DNA from: Macrostomum lignano
Lineage: Eukaryota
DNA: 64,000 bases
NCBI GenBank assembly: GCA_002269645.1
Contig: NIVC01000910.1
Coordinates: 198,944 to 262,943, forward strand
Reading direction: 5' to 3'
Under the pieces are notes generated by a model. That model was not told the origin of the DNA, made no database searches, and saw only the letters and a program-made list of their open reading frames with translations. Below, piece after piece: positions 1 to 15,198 of the stretch (positions are counted from its first letter, which is position 1; the number at the start of each line of letters is the position of its first letter). A program made the translations under genes and the position numbers.

Positions 1-48
1 AGACCCAGACGCGCTATGACTATTGACTATACTAGAGTGTGATCTCTA

Positions 49-477
<429 letters not shown>

Positions 478-2959
478 CTAGTAGAGAAGCAATAGTTATT
501 TCAATCAGTGACGTTGTCTAGTTGAAGTATCGAGGCAGTGTAATGCACACTCGTATTCCTAATAACAAAGCTTATATGAGGCTTTCTATTCAAAAGTGTC
601 TATGGCCATCTGAGCTGAAGATAATAAGCTGGTTTTCAATGAATTGATTGTGCATTTGAGTGGAAGAAGAGTAAAATAAAGGTGGAAGACGAGTGTGAAA
701 GATACCTGTTGTTATCTGTCTAACTTTTCAATAACTTTGACAATCGGCAGAGTATTTCCTTTAATCAAATACTTAGCATTACATTCACGACACTGCATGA
801 TAGCAGACAAATGAACCAGCAATCTAGTTTTGCCATGATTTGGCCTATTATCTCACCTATTTAAGTAGTCTTAGTAGTCCTAAGTATAATCCTAGTAGGT
901 CAAGTACTTACTGCTACCAGTACATTGACTAAATTTACATTTAATCGACAGATTTTTATTACAAAGTATATTGATATCAATTTAGAGCAGCTTCTGTAAT
1001 GCAAAGAGTAAGTTAAACAGTTAAAATAAGAAATTTAAATTGAAAACAAGCAAAGAAATATTCTAACAATTCTAACAATGACAGTTTATAATACGAGCTA
1101 TTAGTGAGTTCCATATCAATTTAATAGTCTACTTGCTTTGTCTATTGGTTCTAATGTGTGATTCAAATTGGTTTTATCCCTAATGTGCTAATAGATAACC
1201 CTAAATGGTCTAAAATGTCTGAGACTATTTAGTATCAATATGTTACTTATAACCACTGCACTATAATTGTTTTATAATCTATAATCTAATCTAATTGCTA
1301 AAAAGTTTAGTAAAAAATACCAAATATATATTTTAATGTTAATTTGTTATAAAAGCTAATATATTATCTTGCCTTGATTTGCTTTAACAAAAATTTATTA
1401 TAGAAAAAGTAAGATATAGTAGTTATAATAATATAATTAATCTTGATACTAATTGATAATAAATTACTTTTCATTGCATATAAAATCAAAATAACTATCT
1501 AGCAATTTAAGTATATTGAATCTACTAAAAGTAACAATTATTAACTAGATATCATTTTAGTTTTGTTGTAAGACTTGGCTATAGTCAAAGTAATACTCTT
1601 GTCTCAGAAATTGACCATATATAAATTGATTTTGATACTTTCAGATATTTTTTGGCTTTGTCTAACTATTATTATTAGTTGTACTATGTTTAACCATTTT
1701 GTAGTTCATTATTAGTATTGGAACAGTTTTGGGTTTTCTCTTTTGATTTTTATTATTGTCATTTTAAATGAACCTTTAAGCAAAAAGCAGTCTTTATGGC
1801 CATGATTATATGCTAAAATGCCCTTAGTAGGCTAAGTCTACTTTTTATTATAAACATGTAAGCCATTTTGGTACAAAGCTAAACTTACAAATGCTAGGCA
1901 TAAAGTATAATTAGGCAAACCATATTTTATTATAATTAGTTTTACATAGATTAGTATTCCACTGTAGCCATAGCTACAGCTACGGGATCCTATAGCAAAT
2001 ACGGTAAAATAGGTGCCTATGGCAGCTATGGATATGCCTACAGTAGCTAGCTGCTTTTATGGCTACGACTATGGAAATATGGTAGTTGTTGTCACATTCC
2101 ATAAATTCCCATAGCCGTAGTTATTAATGTTAAAAAATTGAAAAAATATTAGAAACAAGTAGAGTAAAACAAATATACTTTTAGTAAACTGTATTATCAA
2201 CTTTTAAAAATATCTAAAAAAGTACAATAAAACACTAGCAAACTCTAATTTTTATTAATGTGAAAAAGTTCAGAATTAGTACTTTCAGTAACGATTATGT
2301 ATTATTGCTCTGAAAAAAGATGAAATATAATCTACAAAGGCAATTGTTACTTTTATTTTCTAACTTAATTTGCAGTTGTTTAAGCACTAGGTTATCTTCT
2401 TGATTCAAAATATTTTGTTTTCTAGACTTTTAGTTAAAACTATGGCTACGGCTACGGTATATGGACCCTCCTTATGGCAGAAAATTAACATAGATATTAT
2501 TCACTATTTTGATTTTTGCAGAAAAATACCCAGTAACAATATATCTTGGCTATAATAAAGATTTAGGTAATAATATTTTTATCAAAGTTAAGGTTTTATA
2601 TAAAATAAACTCCATTTAGGATTAATTATAAAACTTTAGATTCTAACCATTTAATTTAAAATATACAAAGCATTTATTATTGTTTTTAAATGCAAATTGA
2701 TAATTATTTTTAGTATAGTTACAAGCTGTTGAAACCCGCGGATTTTGAACCTGGGAAACTCCAATCCCTGGAACCATTTTTGCATGTATTTTAAAATCTG
2801 AGGTCAAACTCAAACAAAAACTTGTTAATAGTTAGGATAGAGTTAAACATAAAATAGAGTACACTTGTGTAAAATTAGGATTTGAAGCAAGCATTGATAT
2901 TGTTGGCTGGGGTGCTGCGCAGAATGTCAAGCAAACTCTGGCCTCTGCCCTTTACCTTT

Positions 2960-4420
<1,461 letters not shown>

Positions 4421-5230
4421 GCCATGAGCTGGATTCTTTATCTGGCCTTTGAGGTAAAAATCTACTGATCCCTGCTTCGAAAGCCAGTTTGTGGGATGTA
4501 GTACTCTCATGGTTATCATTTCTCATGCTTTAATCACGTCACCTTTCTGGCCAATTAGCAGTCCTAAGGGGAATTTGTGTATCTCTACCAGACCACCACC
4601 ACCACCACCATCACAGTCTGCACTTTGCAGCAGTCCAACACAACCAAGGAAATACGCATTTCTTAGGAGCCATTAAATTTTAAAGTTTTAAACCTTATGC
4701 GAAACTTAGTTAAAATTTTGATGGTGTAACTAATTTAGTTGCATTGTAATCAATAATCAGTTATTCATTAATTTTTCGCTATTTTTATCCCACACCCCCG
4801 CATTGCCTTGATTTGCCATCCACTGTTAAACTGCTGCAGACTTGTCTATACAGAGGACAGTGGTTTGAATCTCTTGCTAAGCGGCTAAACTGTTATGGCT
4901 AAATGTAGCCTCTCATCTACATGCGCAGGGTGCAGGGAAAGAAGGCTATTAAAAAGTTATTCCAAAACACTGTACATTTGCTATGTACATTGAGCCTGGC
5001 CCTATTGCCTTACCCTTTTTCTGGGCTGGGAGAATGAGTGAGTGAGCAGCACAAAAAAACAGAAAAAGCAGACAAACTTCACATGCTTACAGTTTCTGTC
5101 CTGATTGAGATACAGAATTGAGACTTTACATTAAGACAGAGAATGAGTCAATAAAGAATTGTGTCAAATTTGAAGTCAATTGCTTCATGTGGAGCAAACT
5201 TATGGCAGCCAAAAAATAGTCATTTTAAAA

Positions 5231-6009
5231 TAGAGGTCAGATAAGCAGAAAATTTTGGTTGGGCGTGAAATTTTTTAAAGTCGGGCATGATTGTGAATTT
5301 ATATTTGCATACACGTATTTTGGGGTCTCCCTAAAACATGCCCCACACTGCCCTGCACCACTACACATTATAACATTTTTTGTCAATGCAGTATTTGATT
5401 GCAGAGAAAAGTATTTGTTGTAAGAGTAATGGAATAAATAACTTTAATTATCATTCTAAATAATAGCATTATTTTTCATTTTCTCATTTCTATTATAAAA
5501 TTATAGTATTATTATTTTACTAATATTACTATTTATATCGCTTATTATTCACCAAATTGTATATTTCATAGTAAAAAAAACTAAATTCGATACAAACTTG
5601 AAGCTTAACAGAGAACTAACTAACTTTGAAATGTCTTCAGTTATAGCCAAATTTGTTATAATGTGTAGCAGTTCGGGGCGGCGCAGGGCATGTTTTAGGG
5701 AGACCCTGTAATTTGAGCTCGTAAGTTACAAGTGTTGAAAATAACAAAATAAGAAAAGAAATATTTATAAATTGATAATAGCTACTCGTAATGCTGTCAA
5801 GTCAACAAATTTAAAATTTATTACTCTTTTACACATTTGTATTCACATATTTTGGTAAACCAAGTAGAAAAGTTATACTTCTAATAAAAATATAATAAAG
5901 CAGAAATTCACGACTGTCGTGAATGGGTTTCAAGAAAATCACGATCGTGAAAAAAATGGTTGTGAATTCACAAAATCGTGATCACGATCGTGATCACGTC
6001 TGACCCCTA
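5231..6009. mobile_element. hAT-like non-autonomous element (MITE) with a nested inner inverted-repeat element
   Basis: Ends TAGAGGTCAG (5231-5240) and CTGACCCCTA (6000-6009). The 8-bp TTTTAAAA is duplicated at 5223-5230 and 6010-6017. CACGATCGTG subterminal repeats lie at 5905-5998. Inner perfect 21-bp inverted repeat at 5323-5343 / 5686-5706. Confidence 0.65.
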
Positions 6010-9000
6010 TTTTAAAACCTATTTACACCCTTTGCCTAGATCAGGAAAGAGAGGCAGGCGGGTGGAGGTTGGGGTGGCTGCCTCGCACAACATGATGAAC
6101 AGGATTAACTTTGAGACTCAAAATTTTACATGATTGTGTCAAAATGAAGATTAAGATTAATTATGTTAAATTTGAAGAGGATCAATAGAAGTGGAGTAGC
6201 ACTATGGAGGATTTAGTAAAAATCACAAATTTTAAGCTGTTTTTTGCACTTTTAGGTAGGAAGACTCAAATTTAGGAAATTTAAAGGTAGCCTAAGACAT
6301 TCTCCGTAGTGAGTTTAGGGTGGGTGCAAAATTTGGTATAATTTGGTTGAGCGGTTTGGGAGTCCATAGCAAAGTAATTTGTCCACAGACAGACAGACAG
6401 ACAGAGTTTTGATTTTTATAGGTAGAGAAGATATATTATTTACGTAAGTCTTAACTGTTCTACCATAGTTTGAAGGCAACATATATGCCAGGATCCTAGT
6501 GTACAATAAGGGTCTTACCATTTTTCAGCCTTACAGAGTATATCCTAGCAATTAGCATAGATGACATAGCAGATATACCACACTCCGGATCATGTAGTAT
6601 ATGCCCAAAAAATTTGGGCATGCATTGGCCTTGCATGCCAAAACTAGGCATGCACAGATCGCGTGCATCACTTGAGTGCATCACTTCACTCGCGTGCATC
6701 ATTTGAGTATATGCCCAAAAATTTGGGCGTGCATTGGCCTTGCATGCCAAAACTAGGCATGCACAGATCGCATGCATCACTCTTGAGAAGATAGTATATA
6801 TGCACACCTGGCATGCACTTTATAGAATCACGCGTAAGAGTTATTGTGAAGTAGAAAAAAGATGAAAACAATTTTTAAGCACAAATTTTAAGCTTGTAAA
6901 AGGGCATTTAAAATTAAATAAATCTTTGATTCTTTGCATGTAAAATTTTTCTGCTATTAAAAGTACTGCCAAAAAAGCATAAAAAGCAACCAAATTATCT
7001 GGTATTAAGTGTCTATTATGCAATTTGAAAAAATTATTTTATTGTCACAACATAAAAAACGTCATTTATTGTTGCAACACTGGCATATTTTTGAAAATGG
7101 GTGTGCACTACATTTTTTTCTGGCGTGCATCTGTAATTATTTAATTTTTGTTCGGGCGTGCACCCAGCATGATCCGGACTATGGCAGATACATTGTGTCA
7201 AATTATGATAATTTTTTGTATTGGCATACAAACTGGGCATACAAACAAGGTCTCATCATTTTTTTAGCATTAAACCCAACATACACTAATACAAGATCCA
7301 AACTATGGCTGCTTCATACTCTCAATTTTTTTATATAAATATACTAGAAAAAGTGATCTTCTTTACTTTAAATTCAGGTTTATGCTAGACAAAATAAATT
7401 TACTTCCTGGCCCCCAAATGTGAAAGCAATATAACATACCTGGATGACATTGAGCTTTTACCAATATCAAGTCTGTGTCGCATAGACATGTTGTAATTTT
7501 GTTGATGCAGTTTAGTATATATACTCAAAACGTTGCTAAGTTCAAAATATTGTTGCAGGTCTTGGTCAAGCTAATTGGCTAGGCCTTCTTAACACAGATT
7601 AATCAGTGCAATTAGCTTAAAACTTTAATGTTCCAACAAACAAACAAATACGAAAAAAAATTTTCTCTTCTGTGACGAATTACTGACTCTTTCTCGATAA
7701 GCTAACACACTATAGTATGGGTCTAATCCTATATTTATCGCATTAATGTAACTTGTTATGTTAATACGTTATGGTCAACACACACTGAGCAAGGGCCTTG
7801 CGCGCACAATTTTCAATAAAATGAATTTAAATAAAAAATTATTAGCAAAGCTCAACACGCACGCTTTCTTAATATTGCTAACAACTTTTTTTCAAAATTT
7901 TTAAATGTACAAGATTGATTTTCTGGCCTAAAGACAGTAAAGCAATAAAAATTTAATTTTATAAAAATTATTTTATTTTAAGTCACCCGTAAATTAAAAT
8001 TTGTCTACGGCTTTGAAATCTACACGACATAATTATAACTGATTTATATTTGATTGATCATTATTCCTTCGTCACTTAATACAACAGCAACCAGGTAGTT
8101 GGTGGTTGTCCGCTTACGGATGGTCTTCACTGTCTCTTTTTGGAGTATATTTAAGCAATATGAGTAATGTATTAAGGATATTTTTTCGTGTCAGATATTA
8201 AATTGGTTACGAATCATTTCGTCATCTCGGGTGTCTGGGGTGCTCACCTCGACTAGGGTCGGTTCGTCATTTTAATTAGCGTGCACTACCTGAAGAGAGT
8301 CATTTCGTCATCCACCAATCATATCAATTCCAACTTCCAAGTGAATTATTGTGGCAATTAAACATATTTACTTGGAATCCTAATGAATCCAGATCTAGAC
8401 AATTAAGAAATGAAAAAGAACAGGTGTGTAATTTTATTAATTCCTATAATACAAAATGGTATTAGCCTAGTCAATATAGGCCTAACATGCGGCCGAGCAT
8501 TGTCAAGAAGGAAGCAAACTTGCTAAATACAGGGCCTACATATTAACTTTCCCCTTAATTACGCTTGTTTTATCCATTATTTATCCTGTGCTTGATCCAA
8601 TTATGCTCTTTAAATCATGTTTATTCATTCTTGAAAATGTGGAATTTCAAATTTATTTTAGTACAACATTTTTTCTATCAAAAGCCATGGTCCTTTGTAT
8701 CAAATCATTGCACTTTGATAGCTATTATTTGCATGGTAGTATGTAAATATTGCTAGTGTTATTTACAAGCTAGGTTTTTAAGGTTGGAAATCCAGTTGCC
8801 AACTGGCCCTTGGGGCTCAAAATCCAGTTGCCAATGGCTATTTTCAGTTGCTCATTGGTAACTAGCCAAATTCTCGAGGATAGGCCCTAGATATTTCCAA
8901 TTCTATGTTTAAAAAGCAGAAATTTGTTCTCTCAACTCTAAGATCTATGCTGCTAACAATTCCATTATATTGATTCATATCAAATAATTTTTTGAAATTG

Positions 9001-9865
9001 GCAACTAGCATGGGAAAAATAAAGTAGCCAGATTGGCCTCTGATGCCGAAAATCCAGTTGCCAATGACATTTTTAAGGGGCCAAAAAAACCAATTTACAA
9101 GGTAACAAATAAATACTTTATAAATAGTTATCCTACCCTATTATGGACTATTCAATATTTATCCCAATATCATTTTTTTTCATAATGAGTTTAAACTATC
9201 TAAAGCTCTCAAATGCTGTTGCAAATTATCAGTATTTTGATAAGTCCAATAATAATGTCTTGCAACATTCTTCTATTAGTAGCTATTGGTGATATTTTGC
9301 ATATTCTCTTATTCTCTACATGCTACTATAGCATTTTTACTTCTTAACTTTTAGTCTTCTATTGCAGCCAAGGTCTAAATCATTTCTTATACCAATTGCA
9401 TTGGCATGCCAGACTATGCCTATATTGCTAAAGGCCAATCTGCAGTAGACACTACAATAATAGCCATTGGCTGCAATAGGGTTTTAGTCCTATTTACCTA
9501 AGAAACTTAAGTCATTTTAAGAAACCTTTTTACCTAACTTTAGTTGGGTAATGCTAAAATTAATAAGTTAATAGGGCCTAATATCTTTAAATTATAAGAA
9601 GCTAAAAGCTTAATACTAGGTTGAGGTCTTTGTTAAAATCAGTTGAGACTATAGCTTTAAATTAATAGTTAATTCCAAGCTTTAATCTAAGATACTAAGG
9701 CACTAAAGCTAGGACAAAGAACAAATCCCAATGGATCATAGAAGAAACTGAGTGATGGCTAACTATTACAATTATTATACAAAGTATTGTAAGAGTATAA
9801 ATTTATATAAATACTTGTTAAGCCTAGATAGAGAATTATATCAAGTATTGTTTCATTTGTTTCAG

Positions 9866-9991
9866 GACCCTCAACAACCAGAAACTGCAGCTTCAAAGCG
9901 TCCAAATGCCACACCACCTGGACCAGCCAGTGACAATAAATGTGCCAGGTTAAGTCAGGATGAGAATAACAAAGTGGCAGCACTATTTCAG
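9866..9991 (+). CDS. TSNAX: Translin-associated factor X (TRAX), first identifiable coding exon
   Basis: Acceptor ttcatttgtttcag|GAC and donor CAG|gtatac. Encodes DPQQPETAASKRPNATPPGPASDNKCARLSQDENNKVAALFQ and joins the next exon in phase 0 (..AALFQ-TFKERLD..), paralleling TRAX ..MLAFKSFQQELD. Confidence 0.75.
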
Positions 9992-10796
9992 GTATACAAC
10001 TGTGCTGAATTAAATTTAAATTAGAGCAACCTGGGCTACTGTTTTCCAGTCTTAGTTATCATTCTTTGTTAAGCCCTAGTGACAAACTTTTTGGTGGCTA
10101 ATTAGTTAATCCAGTTTTCATCTACCCAATCATCTGGCTATCTAGGAGCCTGATAACTGGGAAGGGCTCAAAAGATTAAGGATAAGAATTATGATGCTAC
10201 CTTATAACATGGCAAATTTTTTTGGCAAAGTACAGCAAAATTTCTGCAAAGTCTGTCGATTTTGATAATTTTAAATGTACTAATTCCAATAAAATCAAAG
10301 GCTGTACTATAGAACTAGCAAAGAAATTACACCCTGACCCATTTCAACATGGCCCAGGTGTTGCAGTCAGTGGCATGGTGCATCCGAGATATGCATATAG
10401 CTTGTACAGTCCTGACATTGTAAGGGTCGCAACTCCCATCCTGCACTTGTACCGCAGCTCAGGGCTGCTAATTATTGACCATTTACTCAGTCTTGATGAT
10501 GCAAGCCTGTTCAATATGCAAGTCTGGAGCATCATGAAATATGAGTATTGTATAGAAGAAAACTGTCAGATTGATAATATAAAATTTATAAAAACAACTA
10601 CAATATGTTGCATTTCTTTGACATTTTACTTGCAGTAAAAATAACCAATTATTACCTGTATAAAATTAACTATAATTTGCTTTTTGTGCTGTTACTCTAC
10701 TAATAGTAGCGATCTACGAAAAATACGCTGATAAAAAGTTAATAAACGTATTGAATACTTACCTCGTAAAATTAACTGTTCTAATACACCAATTAG

Positions 10797-11282
10797 ACAT
10801 TCAAAGAGCGCCTCGACGTCAAGCAGGACAGGCGGGAGCGCATTGTGAAACTGTCTCGCGACATAACCATGGAGAGTAAGCGGCTTATTTTCACTCTGCA
10901 TCGAGTGGCTGGCGCCTCCGATGAAGAAAGATTGGCTGTACTGACTGAAGTTAGCCAGCGATTGGACAAGCTGATTGCGTCTAAGCTGCTGCCAATCAGC
11001 TCTGAGCTGACCGGCCAGGATCCCTGGGAATACAGGCGGGCTTATAGTCCAGGACTGCAGGAGCTGATCGAGGCTATGACTTTCTTAGAATTCCTGTCCA
11101 CCGGCCGCCTGCTAAGCCTGTCCGGCGGGGTACGCGACCGCCTGCCGTCCGGACTGCTGGTGTCCCAGTTCGACTACCTGCTTGGCGTGTGCGACCTCAG
11201 CGGCGAGTTGATGCGCCTGGCGCTCAATGCCGCTGCCAAGGCTGATTTCGATACGCCGGAGCGCGTGCTGGCGTTTCTACAG
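10797..11282 (+). CDS. TSNAX: TRAX core exon
   Basis: TFKERLDVKQDRRERIVKLSRDITMESKRLIFTLHR...YSPGLQELIEAMTF...DYLLGVCDLSGELMRLALN contains TRAX hallmark motifs (VKLSRDIT, GLQEY/LxEA, DYLLGxxDLxGELMR). Acceptor caattag|ACA and donor CAG|gttggt. Confidence 0.95.
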
Positions 11283-11352
11283 GTTGGTGGCCGTTCTCAT
11301 TGATTCATTGGGGCAGAGCGGGTTGCTCAACGGTTTTTTGCACAACATTGAC

Positions 11353-11580
11353 CCAGGGGTTGTCATGCGATTCACACCCATGCCATGAGGGCCAACCCAC
11401 AAGGCACCGAGAGTGTACATGCCTGACCGATTAGAAAGTCAGGGCCACTGAAAACCCTGTGAGCGTGTGTATGAGTACGTGCCTGCGTACAGCATTGGTG
11501 CTCTTGTATGTGCTCAGCGAAATAGGCAGATTTGCCTCAGCACTGGTTGTTGGGACGATGTCGCCGAAGGTAAACGGCGA
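11353..11580 (-). mobile_element. Copy of an unnamed dispersed repeat family (also at 36339-36593, 48047-48184, 24632-24674, diverged at 12724-12905)
   Basis: The reverse complement aligns by eye with 36339-36593: cggcgacatcg...ctgactttctaatc...catgtacactctc..tgcc...ggccctcat...tgtgaatcgca(c/t)gacaacccc. Confidence 0.7.
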
Positions 11581-11817
11581 ATAGCTCAAAGCTAAGCTAA
11601 GCCTTGACGCTACAGATATCAAGTATGTGTGTGATTCGTGCATTGCTATACTACAAAAACCCTGTATGGATGCGTGCACATTTAAGTCACCATTGGCTGG
11701 ACATAGTCACGTGACAATTGTTTTCTCTAATTGCTCTAATTGCTAATTTCTCTAGTTTTACATGTCCCAATTCTTTCTCCCACAAAAGACAAATTCATCC
11801 TGCTGTTAACGTTGCAG

Positions 11818-11997
11818 AAGCTGCTTGGCTGCTGCGAAACAGTGCCAGACCGCGGTCCGGATTGGTTCCCGAAAGACTTCGCTGGCAAGCTGGAGACAAT
11901 GCGGCAAAGCGTGGAAAAAGTTGAGACAGTGTGCTATCAGCAGTGCCTGCGTTGCATTGAGGAGTCAAACATACAACTGCCAGTTGTAACCCATTGA
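11818..11997 (+). CDS. TSNAX: TRAX last coding exon
   Basis: Acceptor gttgcag|AAG. KLLGCCE...KLETMRQSVEKVETVCYQQCLRCIEE parallels TRAX KLYTLKQSLAKVENACY. Stop TGA at 11995-11997. Confidence 0.85.
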   Translation, partial: KLLGCCETVPDRGPDWFPKDFAGKLETMRQSVEKVETVCYQQCLRCIEESNIQLPVVTH

Positions 11998-13234
11998 TTT
12001 GACATTGCTTACTAATTTTTTATGCGTTTCGTCTACATTTCCTGTTGTATAAGTTGCTATAATTATTGGTGCTGTCTATTTCGGTCTTAAGAAATACAAA
12101 TAATTTGATAAACTGTTTGATAACTAGCTTTTCAAACATCTTGGTACATTTCAACTTGTGCTAAACATACATGTGCATTGATAGTTTGGTATTTTGCTAT
12201 TTTTTATTATGCATAAATTTTCCATGTACGTGTAGGTCATGCAGATCGATAACCAAGTAATTCTTGTATTGCTGAGATACAGGTATCATGTCCGCATGCA
12301 AGTTTAACAAAGGGTAGTTTTAGAGTTTTAGGGAGAATGCATATTTTCAAGATTGTAAAAATAAAAAACACACTTTATTATGATTCCAGAACTTGATTGC
12401 TCGCTTTGTTTTGCGTAGAGTATTACATGTACTTCAGCCATTTTCAGTTACAGCCTAGTAAATTTATGAGATGCATGTAGTTTCAGTACGTTTGCTGTTC
12501 ATGTCGTCATAATCCTTTTAATTTAATTTACTTTAATACTGCATACATGTAGTATACCTGTAATCCAAAACACCGCAAACTCCTGCTTGTAGCAGCTAGC
12601 GTAATTAAATCTAAAATCATATACAGTGTAGTAGTAGTGCTGCAATATATGTAGTATTCGAAAATCTATTTTATTTTTAATCAGAGCAAGGGGCTGTGTG
12701 CCGATCCTGGCTCACTTACGCAACATTGTCAAAACCGGTAGGGGCCGATGATCGTGCCAATCCGCCGACTCTCCTAAGCAGGTCGACACACAACAAGGAC
12801 CACTCTCGTTATACGCAGTCAAACGCATAACCAGACTCACACAGGAGTTTACAGCGGCCCTAACTTCATTAATCGTTACCCAATGTAAGCTTCGTACTGT
12901 GCCGGTGCATGGACACGGTGGACTCGTAATATAGTACTCGGTACTAGGTCACCCCATTGGACTTCTTGGTACTCCATACTCGGAAGTGACTGAACCAATA
13001 CGATCGCCCACGCCCAGCCGTTGGCCCTTGGAGCTAATTGCACGAGCAGACCTAGTCGAGTTTACAATTTAACCCTAAATCACTACGCTTCACTTGAAAT
13101 CGAGCCTAGGTCGCTTCGAAGAACGCTGCGTTCGACCAATAGGCTACGGCTCTGTTTAAAAATCCTTGCTAATATTCCTTATTGTTATTCTGACAGAGTT
13201 CGGGATAGAATTTTAACTTAACTATTTTCCTAGA

Positions 13235-13490
13235 ATGAAAAGGAAGACACGTAGGTACGTAGTCAATCATGTGATTTGGTAATCGCACTATCTGTTAGTC
13301 GACAACGACATTGAAAAGTACCTTCATACAAAGAGTATAGTCAACAGCATACCAAATAAAATAAAAATAAATTATCACCTTTATCGATAATTACTGTTTT
13401 CTTAACACTTTTGAAACTGAAAAACAGTTATCCATTTAGTCAAGCAATTGAATAATAGAATATAAAAATAATTTATACGATGGAGATGAG
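13235..13490 (+). CDS. TBC1D13: Candidate first micro-exon(s) of TBC1D13: 13235-13254 (MKRKTR-R) or 13480-13490 (MEM-R)
   Basis: Both begin with ATG and end AG|gt (gtacgt, gtaagt) in phase 2, which is the phase required by the exon at 15199. The sequence does not show which one is used. Confidence 0.4.
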
Positions 13491-15198
13491 GTAAGTTTAA
13501 CTTTGAATTGAAATTATTTATTTATTATTGAATTCTTCAGATTTGAAAATAATTATTGCATTTATTAAGCAGACAACATCACTATCAGATTTTCAAAATT
13601 TGTGGTTGAGGTTATAGGTATATCTGAGTTAAGATGATTGAGATTCAGTCAACATTTAGGACTTGTACAAATGTGTGCAAATCAATATAGCTTTAGTTTT
13701 AGATTTTTAGCATTTAAAAACCTAAATATTTAAAATCTTACAATTGAAATTTAGATCTTGTCTAATCTTTAATTCTATATTTTTAATGATATTCTAAACT
13801 AGGCCTATTACTTCTAAACATACTGTTTTGCTATGAACCTAAGCTAAATAGGTCACTTCTAAATGTCTAGACAATGTTTAAAAAGTCATCTAGACATCTA
13901 GATAGAGCTTAAAATTGACTTATTTTATTGATTTCGAATTTTTAGTAGGGACTTTAGTGAGATTTTGAAAGTTGAAAATGTTGCAGAAAAAACAAAAATT
14001 CTTAAAACTTTAAAATTCAATTGCTATGTGTTGAACTGGTTTTATAAAAATCTATAATATGTATCAAAACTAGAGAAATATATCTTTCAAGTGAAATAAC
14101 TCCTAAACAAAAAAACTAAATATTTTAAGAGCAGTGATCATTTAAACATTGTACATTTTTTGTATACATGTAAATTGGTGCTATGAAATACTACTTTAAA
14201 CAGATTCATTTTTCATGCTAAAAGGGCCATTTAAACAAACTTTAATGATAGAAATGCAAAGTTAGATAGTTAAAAGTCCAAAAAACTGCTTTGTAAGAAA
14301 AAAAATTATTGTTCTTACTTGGCCCATGTAAAAATTTAAAAGTTGAATAACTTTTTGTATTGCATTTTGCGCAATTCTAAATGCAATTTTTTAATGCGCC
14401 TTTATGAAATGAACATGAATATAAACACTGTAGGATAAATATTAAGAGAGATATGACCAAAAAATAAAAAATTCAAATATAGCACTTAAAAGGCACCAAT
14501 CAACCCATAGTGTATTTTTCTTTTACAAGAAAAAAATTATGAGACAAAAATCATAATTTAAAATTTTGAGGCATGATTTTTCATTTACAATTATACAGTT
14601 GCATGCAGCTATGTAAGGCTTAAAATAAAGCTATTAATTGTTCATATATGTAAAATTGTTGGGTGAAAATTTCAGGTTCATATGTTCATCCAATCAAAAG
14701 TTATAACAAAATTCTCATTACTTTTAAAACACTCCTTGTATGTATCAAAAATACAAAAAAAACTTTCAAAATCTCACTACTGAAGACCCTATTTATAGCA
14801 AAACACTTTTGCTAATATTAGGTAGCTTTTAAAAGTTGAACAAGACAATGTTTTCTAGAATATTAGTTTTAAAGAAGCAATATTAAATGTGTAGTATAAA
14901 ATTTTTAATAGCAAATATTAACTATAAATCTATTATTTAAATAGTTTTGTTTCTATCATCTATTTACCTAGGCCTAAACTAGCTAGCAATCTAGACTATA
15001 CATGTATAGATATAACATCAAAAATTATACTAGCTTTGTAACTTATTTAAAGTTGTTATGAAGTTTCAAACTTGTAAAATTTTGAGCTTGTAAAACATCT
15101 CATTTTGCAATTGCTACAATCTTTGTATCAGTCAGGTGCTTCATCAGTTTAATATATCAATATCAGTTGTTTTAAATTCCATTCTACACCAACCACAG

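Noticed and set aside
10761-10800. Minus-strand ATG..ACG AG|gtaagt mini-exon as DHX15 exon 1
   Set aside because: The phase fits, but the peptide (MSNWCIRTVNFTR) has no resemblance to DHX15 N-termini and it overlaps the TRAX acceptor in antisense. Probably coincidental.
12727-13194. Solo LTR (TGTCA...TGACA ends)
   Set aside because: Flanks (ACAT versus GAGT) show no TSD, and part of the segment is better explained as a diverged copy of the dispersed repeat family.
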